Shown here: in pieces, positions 28,101-36,335 of the stretch
Layout of the letters: each line of letters starts with the position of its first letter
How positions within the stretch are numbered: position 1 is the stretch's first letter
DNA from: a virus
IMG/VR virus record: IMGVR_UViG_2935656913_000002
DNA length: 64,000 nt
Direction: 5' to 3' (one strand)
Translations under genes and position numbers: made by a program
The notes under the pieces: model-generated
The model's database searches: none
What the model was told of the DNA's origin: nothing
The model's input: only the letters and a program-made list of their open reading frames with translations

Positions 28101-29592
28101 CCGCGCCAGTGAATGCGTTAACGCGACTGGTATCAACCTGACTTGGTGGTATGAAACGATTGGTCGTGGGGTTGAAAAAGTCCGGGCGACCACTGGGGCG
28201 AAAAGTCCGGGTAAGGATGTCGCCGGAACTCCTCTGGACAAACTGATCCACTTGGCGCAATTCGCCAGCCAGCGTCCTGACGTTCGTAATGGCCGCCCGC
28301 ACACCGAACAAGTCACCGCGCTGGGCAAGCGTCGTGGTGGACGCCAGCATGAACCCAACGGCCTTGCCCGCCGCGAGCAAACCCGCCGCGAGCAACGGCA
28401 GATCGACGATCAACGCGCGCTGGCTCTCCGTCAGGCTCCGGAAGCCGATAGCTGCATCCACGATCTTGTTCGAAATGCCCGCGAGGCCCGGGGCAAGCTG
28501 GTTGCCCAACTCGATGCCGAACTCGGTGACGCCATTCTTTGCGCGAGCGAATGATCCCGCCAGCGTCGTGATCTGCATCATGGCCGTACGGGACGCGGCG
28601 TTCGTGTTGGAGATCGCAACTTGGACGAGTTCGAACCCGTTCTTGATGCTCTCTTGCGATACGTTCGCCTGACGGGCCACGTTGGCGACTTGATCGGCGT
28701 ATTGCTTGTCCTGTTCGATACGGCGCTGGAACGTGCCCTCATCCAAGGATTGCAGGATAGTCTGCGCGCCCGCAAGGTTGCGGTCATGGAATAGCGTGCT
28801 GAGCGAGCCGGTGGACAGATGCAGATTGTTGATATCCTTCAGGATATCGAACGCGTTCCGCATCGAGCCATCGGCCTTTTGCGTGGCGATGCCAAGCTCG
28901 GCCATCATCACCGCAGCTTCCCGCGCCGGGTCCGCCAGCTTCACGAGAATTTCCCGCAGCATGGAGCCGGACGGCTGGCCGCGATTACCCGAGTTGAACA
29001 GCACCGACAGCGCCGTGACACTCTCCTCAAGGGAGATGTTCATCGACTGCGCGACCGGAGAAACCTGCCGCATCGAATACGACAGCTTGTCCATAGACGC
29101 TTGGGTGAAGTTCATGGACGCGCTGAACAGGTTCGCAACGCGCGTGCTATCGCCAGCCTGCAAGTTGAACGATGACAAGGTGCTGGCGACAATGTCCGAG
29201 GTCGAGGACAGGTCCGAAAGGGACGCCTGCGCAAGCATCATCACGCCGTTGAGCGCGGTCAACGATTGGGTGGTGCTGAAGCCCGCCGATGCGAGGAAGT
29301 ACAGCGCGGACGCGTTCTCGGTTGCGGAAAACTTGGACGCCAGCGAGAAGTCGCGGACGGCCTTGGACATCTTGGTAAGCTGGTCGGCGGTACCCTGCGC
29401 AACCGAGTTCGTCAGCGTCAGGGTTTGTTCAAGCTGCGCGAACGCTTGCGTCGCAGCGGACATCGAGTACATCGATGCCGAGATTGCCGCGAAGTGTGTC
29501 GCCATCTGCGCGACGGAAAGAGCCGCCTGTGTGGCGGTGTCGGAGATGGACTTGAACTGCGAGGATACCGCGTAGCCGCCCTCTGCTGCCAT
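25189..29592 (-). CDS. Tape measure protein (1467 aa)
   Basis: TP901-type core near the N-terminus, long helical body, lambda-type C-terminus FANGG...MAEG.PEAIMPL. Confidence 0.92.
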   Translation of the reverse strand: MAAEGGYAVSSQFKSISDTATQAALSVAQMATHFAAISASMYSMSAATQAFAQLEQTLTLTNSVAQGTADQLTKMSKAVRDFSLASKFSATENASALYFLASAGFSTTQSLTALNGVMMLAQASLSDLSSTSDIVASTLSSFNLQAGDSTRVANLFSASMNFTQASMDKLSYSMRQVSPVAQSMNISLEESVTALSVLFNSGNRGQPSGSMLREILVKLADPAREAAVMMAELGIATQKADGSMRNAFDILKDINNLHLSTGSLSTLFHDRNLAGAQTILQSLDEGTFQRRIEQDKQYADQVANVARQANVSQESIKNGFELVQVAISNTNAASRTAMMQITTLAGSFARAKNGVTEFGIELGNQLAPGLAGISNKIVDAAIGFRSLTESQRALIVDLPLLAAGLLAAGKAVGFMLASTTTLAQRGDLFGVRAAITNVRTLAGELRQVDQFVQRSSGDILTRTFRPSGRPDFFNPTTNRFIPPSQVDTSRVNAFTGAAAGAGSMAGAAVGIVGTIFTVATIALIAAQVVPVIYDYVKNFNAPDKLVGDLDLVNKGKQQIQSTMISGARPTEKFGQIKDLIKSDSGIYDDLQSLLQGQKNQLEAAQKSLVDLRNNPDNAPQINIGPEGNVDIVETPQIERAKKAVEDAKFQINDLTKQIETVKPAINAKQKALIDIQNLPGFASDKIAADRQKEFDDPNKPGTFTYFSQTLIKQYEKDIRAAQLQLRSAQAIIKGDPIEVEMTNNQNAQLAKAKQLLDEATRHEEVIKTDFGKRLADFTDFAKILSGQDYTARVGNEMQKTQNWISIIQGGGTKDDALQSLQKALDYLTQQSGSSDPQILERIRKYGEFQAEMIVNSIGQVQAERDKNLIDRMAKQRENQTFVQSIRDLFRQNQVDFLNNLLSASGNDPTTKAAIDLIGVRKRQEDANQQLSNLMAQYMTRFGDPTHWDAAIKAEWEKTEAAIKEAADRGTAQALINIRTIKNNQQADLIAKLKQDAASTTSGKSTVASEIAAFLSATGAYTPKNISDTAGQGITNETYEKNLQQIETAKKALRDLQATMDGLKASRAGLGAASSDLSVQAPANVVGDDGAFVIKTKELKDLEQQAANTAKQAASLQRVLQLNENGSASAAQSDFEATGRALAAIQRKIAAKKEEIEQTQQAKQSEKGSASAVATVDPAGQSAALAAMQKEAQLLKANIALLEKRNELAGTGVQLAADKANKAYQQEQQSLDKFKELYERNGTAVQGLQYGIAKVAHTAQTDFQIAGAAFETFANSAASNLTDLITGQQKDWHVALANIAKDIANTILKALILRSISSVFGGVGNVVPSANGNVFMGGNVVPFANGGVIGQQTFFQMANGGVGSMAEGNRPEAIMPLKRGTDGKLGVAMVPTGGNGGGGGGGVGMVFNPTYNLNMGGDGTAQPQSTSNRQQREQMIAMKRDIERETELSVGKVIRKYQRPGGPLMRTA

Positions 29593-29602
29593 AGTGTGCC
29601 CC

Positions 29603-29998
29603 TCAACCGCTAGATCGCGGCTTCTTTCCTAGAACGCTGACCCCTTCGCCTGACTCCTTACCGCGCTCATCTTCGGCTTTGTCGCAAGCCGACATGGTCG
29701 TATCGATAGCGGTCATAACGAACGGGAACAACGCAGGTTGATTGGCCACACCCCCCGCATGGGGCAGGAAACCATTCTTGTAGGAATTATACGCGGTGAT
29801 TATCTGATTAAACCAATCAAGGTTTTCGAAGATAGGACGCCGGGGACACCTACCCCGGGGGAGGCCATCGATATCCGTCCAGTACAGGTACGGCTCTCCC
29901 CCGAGAATAAATTCGGTCTCGCATCCCCTCTCCGCTTGCTTGCCCTTCTTGATACAGTCGGCACAATCAAGGTTCTTGAAGAGACGAACCGATACCAC
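29603..29998 (-). CDS. Tail assembly chaperone, frameshift extension (gpT-like)
   Basis: Lies in the -1 frame relative to 30007-30423; LPHAGGVANQP motif; directly precedes the tape measure gene. Confidence 0.75.
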   Translation of the reverse strand: MVSVRLFKNLDCADCIKKGKQAERGCETEFILGGEPYLYWTDIDGLPRGRCPRRPIFENLDWFNQIITAYNSYKNGFLPHAGGVANQPALFPFVMTAIDTTMSACDKAEDERGKESGEGVSVLGKKPRSSG

Positions 29999-30006
29999 GG
30001 CGTCGG

Positions 30007-30423
30007 CTATTTTTTTCGGAGACCATCCGATCCGGTGTTCTTGGAGATGATCTCGTCCGCGAGTTCACCGATGATCAGGTCAGGGATTTGCGCCATCGTC
30101 GCGTCGGACACGACTTGGTATTCCGATCCCGCGAGGATGCGGCGCACGAATTCGCACTTGATATCCGCGCCCTTGGCATCCTTGAAATTGGTGAAGCCCT
30201 TGAGGCCGAAACGGACGATCTCGATGTTCCGGAGCGAATTCCGGTTCACCAGAACCATTCCGCCTTCACCGTTGACCCACGTCTGGGCGTTGTCCTGAAT
30301 GGCGGATCGCGCGATAACGTCAACCGCGCCGAGAACCCAGCCGGTCTTTTCGGCTTCGGTTTCGCCGTGATCGAACTTGGAGTAGTGCGTCCAGTTTTCG
30401 ACGAGAGTGATACCTGTCAGCAT
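30007..30423 (-). CDS. Tail assembly chaperone (gpG-like)
   Basis: Position before the tape measure gene; ends at a slippery site. Confidence 0.75.
   Translation of the reverse strand: MLTGITLVENWTHYSKFDHGETEAEKTGWVLGAVDVIARSAIQDNAQTWVNGEGGMVLVNRNSLRNIEIVRFGLKGFTNFKDAKGADIKCEFVRRILAGSEYQVVSDATMAQIPDLIIGELADEIISKNTGSDGLRKK
30010..30016 (-). other. Programmed -1 frameshift slippery site A_AAA_AAA
   Basis: CGA AAA AAA TAG; a -1 shift reads KKIADAVVSVRLF into the downstream ORF, and the frames check out. Confidence 0.75.
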
Positions 30424-30484
30424 TCTGATGCCCTTTCGGCTTCTTGATGCGAGAGAGAGAGTAGGTTGCAGGTTCCTGCAATTT

Positions 30485-30658
30485 TTATTTGTCGGCGTAG
30501 TGCTTGATTACTTCGGTCCCCGGGTTAGCGGCGGCCTTCAGGTCTGCGGCACTTCGCGAAAGCTTGGTGTCGAAGATGATGGTCAATTCTCGTCCTTCTT
30601 CATCGAAAAGTCCAGTCTTCTTGATGACGAGATAGACGGGTATCCGGTCGTATGCCAT
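30485..30658 (-). CDS. Hypothetical protein (57 aa)
   Basis: MAYDRIPVYLVIKK start. Confidence 0.5.
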   Translation of the reverse strand: MAYDRIPVYLVIKKTGLFDEEGRELTIIFDTKLSRSAADLKAAANPGTEVIKHYADK

Positions 30659-30707
30659 CGGCTCACCCCAGTTGAAAAGGCCCCAGTTTCCCGGGGCCTT
30701 TCTGAAG

Positions 30708-31007
30708 TTACGCGACGGGCTTGAAGTAGCTCGCGTTGGCCGAGACAGATGCGCTGTTGAGCGGGTTGCTATAGTCGGCAGTCGTGTCTCCACGCCAACC
30801 GACATAGCCATTGCACGCAACAGCGATCATATGACCTTCGGGCGCCTCGGGAGCGAGAAGATCGATGACTGCGTTCGCGTTGGCAAGAGCAGCGGCCTTG
30901 TCGCGGGCATGGATCGGCTGCTGAGAAACAACCTTGTCGAACTCGGCGGCAACCACCGCCTTGGCTTCGTCCTTGGACGCGGCCTTGACGTTGAACGAAT
31001 AGCTCAT
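30708..31007 (-). CDS. Hypothetical protein (99 aa)
   Basis: GGAG RBS; MSYSFNVKAASKDEAK. Confidence 0.65.
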   Translation of the reverse strand: MSYSFNVKAASKDEAKAVVAAEFDKVVSQQPIHARDKAAALANANAVIDLLAPEAPEGHMIAVACNGYVGWRGDTTADYSNPLNSASVSANASYFKPVA

Positions 31008-31050
31008 TGTTAATCTCCATGTTGAGCAGATTACTGCTTACATTAATAGC

Positions 31051-31082
31051 AAAACGGCCACCCCTCCCCCGAGAAGTGGCCG
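31051..31082 (-). terminator. Terminator after the tail tube gene
   Basis: CGGCCAC/GTGGCCG stem followed by TTTTGC. Confidence 0.45.
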
Positions 31083-31116
31083 CTCGCCAGTCACGTAGTG
31101 CAGCGGCGAAACCAAA

Positions 31117-32670
31117 CTACGCGAAGACAATCCTCAACTCGTCGTCGCCCGCGTCCTTGTCCTGAACGAAGTGGATGGACATGTCGTAGACGCGCTGGGT
31201 GTTGCGGGTCGAGTACGCGACGTTCGTCAACTGGATCGTGTTCGAGACGAAGTACACGATGTTGCCCGTCACGGTGCCGACGCGAGCGTAGAACCGAAGC
31301 AGCGTGGCCACCGCCAAGTTCCGCCAGTAGGGCTCGACGCTCTCGAACTCCATTTCGGGGTTGAAGCCGCCCTTCGGATCGCGGCCACCGTACAGCACGC
31401 CATTGTAGCCGTCCGGATGCGAGACGGACTCACGCGGGTTGACCGTGATGCCCATGTCGATATTGAACGACTGCGCAGCGATGTTCTCCGCGCCGCCGAC
31501 CGCAAGACCGGCAAGCTCAACCTGCACCGGAGCGCTGGGCTCGAACACAGAGGTGAGCGGCAACGGCTGGTCGTCAGGGTCGTTGTACTGGCCCGTGAAC
31601 GTGAACTGGGCCATACCGAACGCGCCTGCCGTCGCGGTGAACTGCACGGTACCGATGCAGCCGGTCAGACGATGCAGCGTGCCGTCGTAGTACATGTACA
31701 TCGTCATGGACTCAAAATTGGCCGACACCGGCGTGTAGTGGTAGCCCGGCCGCAGACAATCCACAGTCCAGCTATCCCCGAGGACCAAGCTGCCGGTCCA
31801 AGTCATGTTGACCTGACCGCCGCTGACGCCCAAGTTGATGTTCGTGGTAGCCGTGGTGACGACCGTCACGCCGCCAACAATGGTTGCGGTGACAACAGCG
31901 GTTGCGGCTGCAACAGTGAACCGGGTGTCGGCGTTGGCCGTCATGACCGCAGTGATCGCCGCCGCCAGCGCGGTTGCCTCGGTGGCCGCAACGGCAGAGG
32001 CGATGGTGTACTTGATACGGATGCCGTAAATGCACACCACGACCACGTCACCGATCTTGGGCGTAGCAACGGTGAACGTTGGCGCGAGCGGAGCAGTCTT
32101 GTCCACGGCAATGGTCGTGGTCTTACCCGGCCCCATGACCGTTGCCGATACTTCGTCGGACGGCAGGATCGAAGTTTCGTTGTACTCGGCCGGATTGCCA
32201 GTGACCATGACCTTGGCCGTGGCGGAAGCGCCCCCGAGAACAACCTTCACCTTGTAGCGCGTGAAGCCGGTGGTTGCCGCCGCCGCCTTCGTCCACGTGA
32301 CGGCCGGGCCAGTGTTCGCGCTGCTCGCAACGGGGTTCTGGATGACCGCCGCAGCGGTTGCGCCGATGAGGGTCTGTGCGAAGCCGCACGCCCGCAACAG
32401 AGCGCCCAATTTCGGGGAGCCCGCGCCGCCAGCGCCCTTGATCTCGCTGCTGAACGTGAGGCTGGCCAGTTTACGGCCAACCGCGCTCGGAAGCTTCGAC
32501 ATGGATGGCCGATAGAAGTCCCGGGTCAGGACGTTCGGATTGATCTTCACGTCGGCGTTGGAGACGAGGAAGGCGTCCGTCGCGGGGACCGGGAGTGAGT
32601 CCACGTTATACGTGGTCTCGATCTTGGCGAGCATCAACGCCCGCTGAGCGAGAATGGGGCCGGTGGGCAT
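31117..32670 (-). CDS. Major tail tube protein with an internal extra domain
   Basis: LAKIETTY, LLRACG, YTPVS..S.T.Y...DG motifs; position before the chaperones. Confidence 0.8.
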   Translation of the reverse strand: MPTGPILAQRALMLAKIETTYNVDSLPVPATDAFLVSNADVKINPNVLTRDFYRPSMSKLPSAVGRKLASLTFSSEIKGAGGAGSPKLGALLRACGFAQTLIGATAAAVIQNPVASSANTGPAVTWTKAAAATTGFTRYKVKVVLGGASATAKVMVTGNPAEYNETSILPSDEVSATVMGPGKTTTIAVDKTAPLAPTFTVATPKIGDVVVVCIYGIRIKYTIASAVAATEATALAAAITAVMTANADTRFTVAAATAVVTATIVGGVTVVTTATTNINLGVSGGQVNMTWTGSLVLGDSWTVDCLRPGYHYTPVSANFESMTMYMYYDGTLHRLTGCIGTVQFTATAGAFGMAQFTFTGQYNDPDDQPLPLTSVFEPSAPVQVELAGLAVGGAENIAAQSFNIDMGITVNPRESVSHPDGYNGVLYGGRDPKGGFNPEMEFESVEPYWRNLAVATLLRFYARVGTVTGNIVYFVSNTIQLTNVAYSTRNTQRVYDMSIHFVQDKDAGDDELRIVFA

Positions 32671-32754
32671 AGAGGGTAACTCCTGTTCGAGCTTTTCGAG
32701 AGAGGACGTTTGTTTTGTTGTAGTTCGGCCGGGACCTCTACGGGTCTCCTAACC

Positions 32755-32934
32755 TTAGACGCGAACGCGGATACCGGTCACGGGGTTGATGATATAGGCG
32801 CCGCCCTGCCCGTAATTCGGGTCGGCAATCGTCACGGGCTCACCATCGGTGTAAACCACAGCGGGCTCCGGAGTTGCAGGTTCCTGCACGGGGCTAACGA
32901 CCGGCGGAACAATCTTGGTTTCTTCTTCAGCCAT
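32755..32934 (-). CDS. Small protein (59 aa)
   Basis: Hand-translated MAEEETKIVPPVVSPVQEPATPEP...GQGGAYIINPVTGIRVRV; just below the ORF-track cutoff. Confidence 0.6.
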   Translation of the reverse strand: MAEEETKIVPPVVSPVQEPATPEPAVVYTDGEPVTIADPNYGQGGAYIINPVTGIRVRV

Positions 32935-33442
32935 AGTTCGATGTCTCCGATGGTAGGTGGTATGGGTCGCCCTGTACTATTCGGTAGAGCACTTGGAATG
33001 TCAGCAAACCCCCGGGGCTCGGGTCGGTGTCGCTTTCGATTTGCGGCTGATTATTGGTCTCGACAACGTTTATCGAGAGACCGCCAAGTTGACGATTAAC
33101 TAGAGTACCGAACAGCACTTGCTGTAACCTGCCAAGATAGTAACGGAACACCGTATACGGATCAAGGTCCATGAACGGCGTGAAGGCCCATTCGATGTAG
33201 AGCGTAAGCACCTTGTGCTCCATCGGCCAGAGCGAATTGTCTTCGGTCTGCTCGGGGCCTTGCTCTATCGAGTACTTGGGGAACGACAACGCGTCCGCGC
33301 CGACGATGCTTCCCTGCCCCCGCCCGTTCCAGAACTGTGCGGTCGCGCCCTGCCCGTTGATGTTGTCGATGTCCACCATTGCATCGAGCTTGGTGCGAAT
33401 GGCTTGGACGATACGATCCTGAACCGTTTGTGGCATCGCCAT
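32927..33442 (-). CDS. Tail terminator-like protein
   Basis: Position and size; alternating beta pattern. Confidence 0.6.
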   Translation of the reverse strand: MAMPQTVQDRIVQAIRTKLDAMVDIDNINGQGATAQFWNGRGQGSIVGADALSFPKYSIEQGPEQTEDNSLWPMEHKVLTLYIEWAFTPFMDLDPYTVFRYYLGRLQQVLFGTLVNRQLGGLSINVVETNNQPQIESDTDPSPGGLLTFQVLYRIVQGDPYHLPSETSNYG

Positions 33443-34173
33443 CAGTATTTCGGCACAAGCCGCTCCCCGTGTAGTTCGGCAGATGGGACAACCGACGGCA
33501 CTTTCCGCATCTTGAGTTGCGGATCAATGCTATCGAGCGCTGCCTGAAATTGTTGATTGTAGACTTGAACGACGGCGTCCTGAACGAACAGAACGAACAA
33601 CTCCATTAGCTCCGGCAGGCGGCGGTCGTAGGCATTCCGGATAATACGCTGTTCTTTGAGCTTCACCGCATCCACTAACAGGTAGAGCAGCTTGAGCTTG
33701 CCGTCCGTCTTGGACTTATAGGCGATGTAGACGTTGTTGTTCTTCTTGGACTTGTAGACGAAGCTGCCGAGAGACTTCCACGACAACGGCCCTTTGCGCT
33801 TGGGCTGACCGTCCGGAAAGCAACCGTCCAAGATCGGGATGGCCAGCTTCTTCGCCTTCTTGGGGAAGATCGCCGGGGGATTGGAGCCGTACTCGTTTAC
33901 GGCGATCTCTTGGCTAACGAGGAAGTACCCACGCAGACTATCGAGCGAATTACCTGTCGTGCGCGATGACGCCGGGAGCATGGTGGCGCTGCGGCCCGTC
34001 TTACGCGGCCAGTCTTGCGCAACGCCGATGGCGATCTCTTTAAGCCACTGCTTGAAATAGGCAACCATATCGGGCGTAACGAGTGCTTCAATCTCCCGGC
34101 CAAACTTGAGTGCCCGCAAACGCGATAGCGCTAGCGGGTCAACCCTCGCATTGACTATCCGGAGATTAGCCAT
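33442..34173 (-). CDS. Neck/tail-completion protein (HK97 gp10-like)
   Basis: WPRKTG, NEYGS...IFPKKAKKLAIP motifs. Confidence 0.65.
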   Translation of the reverse strand: MANLRIVNARVDPLALSRLRALKFGREIEALVTPDMVAYFKQWLKEIAIGVAQDWPRKTGRSATMLPASSRTTGNSLDSLRGYFLVSQEIAVNEYGSNPPAIFPKKAKKLAIPILDGCFPDGQPKRKGPLSWKSLGSFVYKSKKNNNVYIAYKSKTDGKLKLLYLLVDAVKLKEQRIIRNAYDRRLPELMELFVLFVQDAVVQVYNQQFQAALDSIDPQLKMRKVPSVVPSAELHGERLVPKY

Positions 34174-34812
34174 TTATGACGTTCCAATCAACGCGGCGCG
34201 GAAGGGCACTAGCATCCCCTGTACTTCTGATAGAAGCCCTGTAGCTGCCGAAACAGTGAACTTAGACAGGCTTTGGCGGGCCTTCTCTTGCTGTTCCTCG
34301 CCCATCTGCACGGAGCGAATGCGGCGCAACAGGAATGCTGCCTGCATGCCAGTCGCCCGCGCAATGGTTGCAGGTACCTGCACGATGGGCGGCGAGGAGT
34401 TGTCGGGATCGTATCCCGCCGTCGCCACGATCTTTAGACCTCGCTTATGATATTCCATCCACGGGTTGAGGATGGTCACCATGCCGGTCTCATAGTCGAT
34501 GGAATAGTCGGTATCGAGCACCAACGGCGTGAGGTTGGATGAGACGAGGTGCGCGCCGGTCGCGTCATAGGTGATCACAACTGATCCCGTGACGACGGGC
34601 CACTCCGGCAGACGGGTGGTGAATACCCCTGCCCGTGTCATGACGTAGCTCGTCACAACCCGCTTGTCGAACTTGCGCCGGCAGAAGTTGCGCACAAGAT
34701 CAGAGGCAATCCCGATCTGTTCCGCGAGCGGCGCATCAAGCCCGGTAAAGCCCGAACTAATTGGCGTCATACCGCGAGCGGTGGCGGGGCTGCACAAAAC
34801 GCTATCGACCAT
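34174..34812 (-). CDS. Head-tail adaptor protein
   Basis: ASDLVRNFCRRKF, DYSIDYETG.V, ATAGY; follows the capsid genes. Confidence 0.7.
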   Translation of the reverse strand: MVDSVLCSPATARGMTPISSGFTGLDAPLAEQIGIASDLVRNFCRRKFDKRVVTSYVMTRAGVFTTRLPEWPVVTGSVVITYDATGAHLVSSNLTPLVLDTDYSIDYETGMVTILNPWMEYHKRGLKIVATAGYDPDNSSPPIVQVPATIARATGMQAAFLLRRIRSVQMGEEQQEKARQSLSKFTVSAATGLLSEVQGMLVPFRAALIGTS

Positions 34813-34885
34813 TTGCCATCTCCATGCACGAAGGGCCGCGACGTATTACGGTCGCAGCCCTTCGATAGCGTCTAGTTGTCGAGGG

Positions 34886-35224
34886 TCAGCGACGGAGCGG
34901 CAACACGGGCAGACGGCGAACCGGCCGCGCTTGCTGCGCCTTGGAAGCATCAGTCGTCGGGGCGACTTGATTGCGCTGAACATGGAAAAGAGGCTTCCCG
35001 AAAACCTCGCCGTCCGCGTCGGTCGTCTCGTCGTGGAGTTCTTCCAGCGCGGCGGCGACATCTTCAGAGACCGGCTTGGGAATGCCAATCTCGAAAGGCG
35101 TCTCTTTGAAGTAGTAAATCCGACCCCGCACCAACGTTGCAGTGGTAACAAGTTCACCCTGCGGCGCTGGTGCGGTGGCGGCTGTTGCTGCGGTGGTCTG
35201 CCCAACCGGTCGTGCTTTCAACAT
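34886..35224 (-). CDS. Hypothetical head-associated protein
   Basis: 112-aa ORF directly after the major capsid gene. Confidence 0.6.
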   Translation of the reverse strand: MLKARPVGQTTAATAATAPAPQGELVTTATLVRGRIYYFKETPFEIGIPKPVSEDVAAALEELHDETTDADGEVFGKPLFHVQRNQVAPTTDASKAQQARPVRRLPVLPLRR

Positions 35225-35291
35225 TAGAGCAATCCTCAGTTCACAATTAGGGGCGTGTATTGATTACGAACAGATGGGCAGCTTGGCCGTC

Positions 35292-36245
35292 TTAGCCGAT
35301 GTTGATGGCCTTGACGGTCATGTCTTCTTCTTCGAACTGGACGGCGAGGCGCATCGTGACCACGATGATGAACGCACGCTCGCGGATGTCCTTGTCGAAC
35401 TCCATGCGGAGTTGACGCTGAACGCCGATGATCAGGTTGTTCGGGATCATCAGCACCGCGTTCGAGGACGGCATCAGAGCCGCCGACGACAACGGCACGC
35501 CGAGGACGCTGATCGGGAAATTGCCCTGCAACGTCGCGTCGCCAAGCTGCGTCTGCCGCTGAGCGATCGTCATGCGGTAGTCGATTTCCTTCGGCTTCGA
35601 CGTGTAGAAGCGGTAGCGGTTGAGCAGCTTGTAGTACTTGGTCGGCAGCGCCTTGATCATGTTGCCGAACAGGGTCGGACCCATCGGGTCACCGGCCTGA
35701 TTGACGATGTTCGAGACGGACTGCTTGATGACGCCGTTCTGGAGCGCCAGATAGCTGTCGCCCGAGGACGTGTCACCGAGAATGACCAGTTCCTCCAGAT
35801 CGAGGGCGATGCGCTGCGCCATCATGTCAAGGATGGTCTGCTGGAACACCGAACTGTCCAGATCGCCGCCCTCGATGGAGTCTTCGATGGCTTCGTACGG
35901 AAGGTCGATCTCCGCGATGATCTCCGAAGTCTGGAGGGTCACGCGTTCCGTCGTCGGCTTGTAGCGCTGCGCACGGGTCAGTGCGCGGGTGCCGGTCTCG
36001 CCCATTTCCGGGGTGGAAATGGTGCCCTGCGTCGCCGCCCGCAGAATGCGGGAGCCGAAGCCGATCTTGTTGATCTCCATCTTCGGGCGAGCCATCGGGA
36101 CGACGCGGGCGTCCTTCAGGATCGTGGGCTCGTCCATCATCTTGCGGAAGAACTTGTTGGACTGCTGGGTGGTCAGATAACCACCCGTGCTCACGAGGTC
36201 GGACAGAGCCAAGTCTGCCCGGGAGATAAGTTCCTGTTCGTTCAT
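35292..36245 (-). CDS. Major capsid protein (HK97 fold, XkdG-like)
   Basis: GGYLTTQQSNKFF, IEDSIEG, LEELVILGD, IIVVTMR....EEED. Confidence 0.88.
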   Translation of the reverse strand: MNEQELISRADLALSDLVSTGGYLTTQQSNKFFRKMMDEPTILKDARVVPMARPKMEINKIGFGSRILRAATQGTISTPEMGETGTRALTRAQRYKPTTERVTLQTSEIIAEIDLPYEAIEDSIEGGDLDSSVFQQTILDMMAQRIALDLEELVILGDTSSGDSYLALQNGVIKQSVSNIVNQAGDPMGPTLFGNMIKALPTKYYKLLNRYRFYTSKPKEIDYRMTIAQRQTQLGDATLQGNFPISVLGVPLSSAALMPSSNAVLMIPNNLIIGVQRQLRMEFDKDIRERAFIIVVTMRLAVQFEEEDMTVKAINIG

Positions 36246-36335
36246 GGTAACTCCGTCCGTTGCCGGTGCTTTTCGAGAGAGATGGGATTTTTTGTTTTTT
36301 ACGCTTTTACTGGGCAGTCTTGTAGGTGGTGGGGA

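Noticed and set aside
26914-28554. 546-aa plus-strand ORF
   Set aside because: Antisense shadow of the tape measure gene.
31171-32598. 475-aa plus-strand ORF
   Set aside because: Antisense shadow of the tail tube gene.
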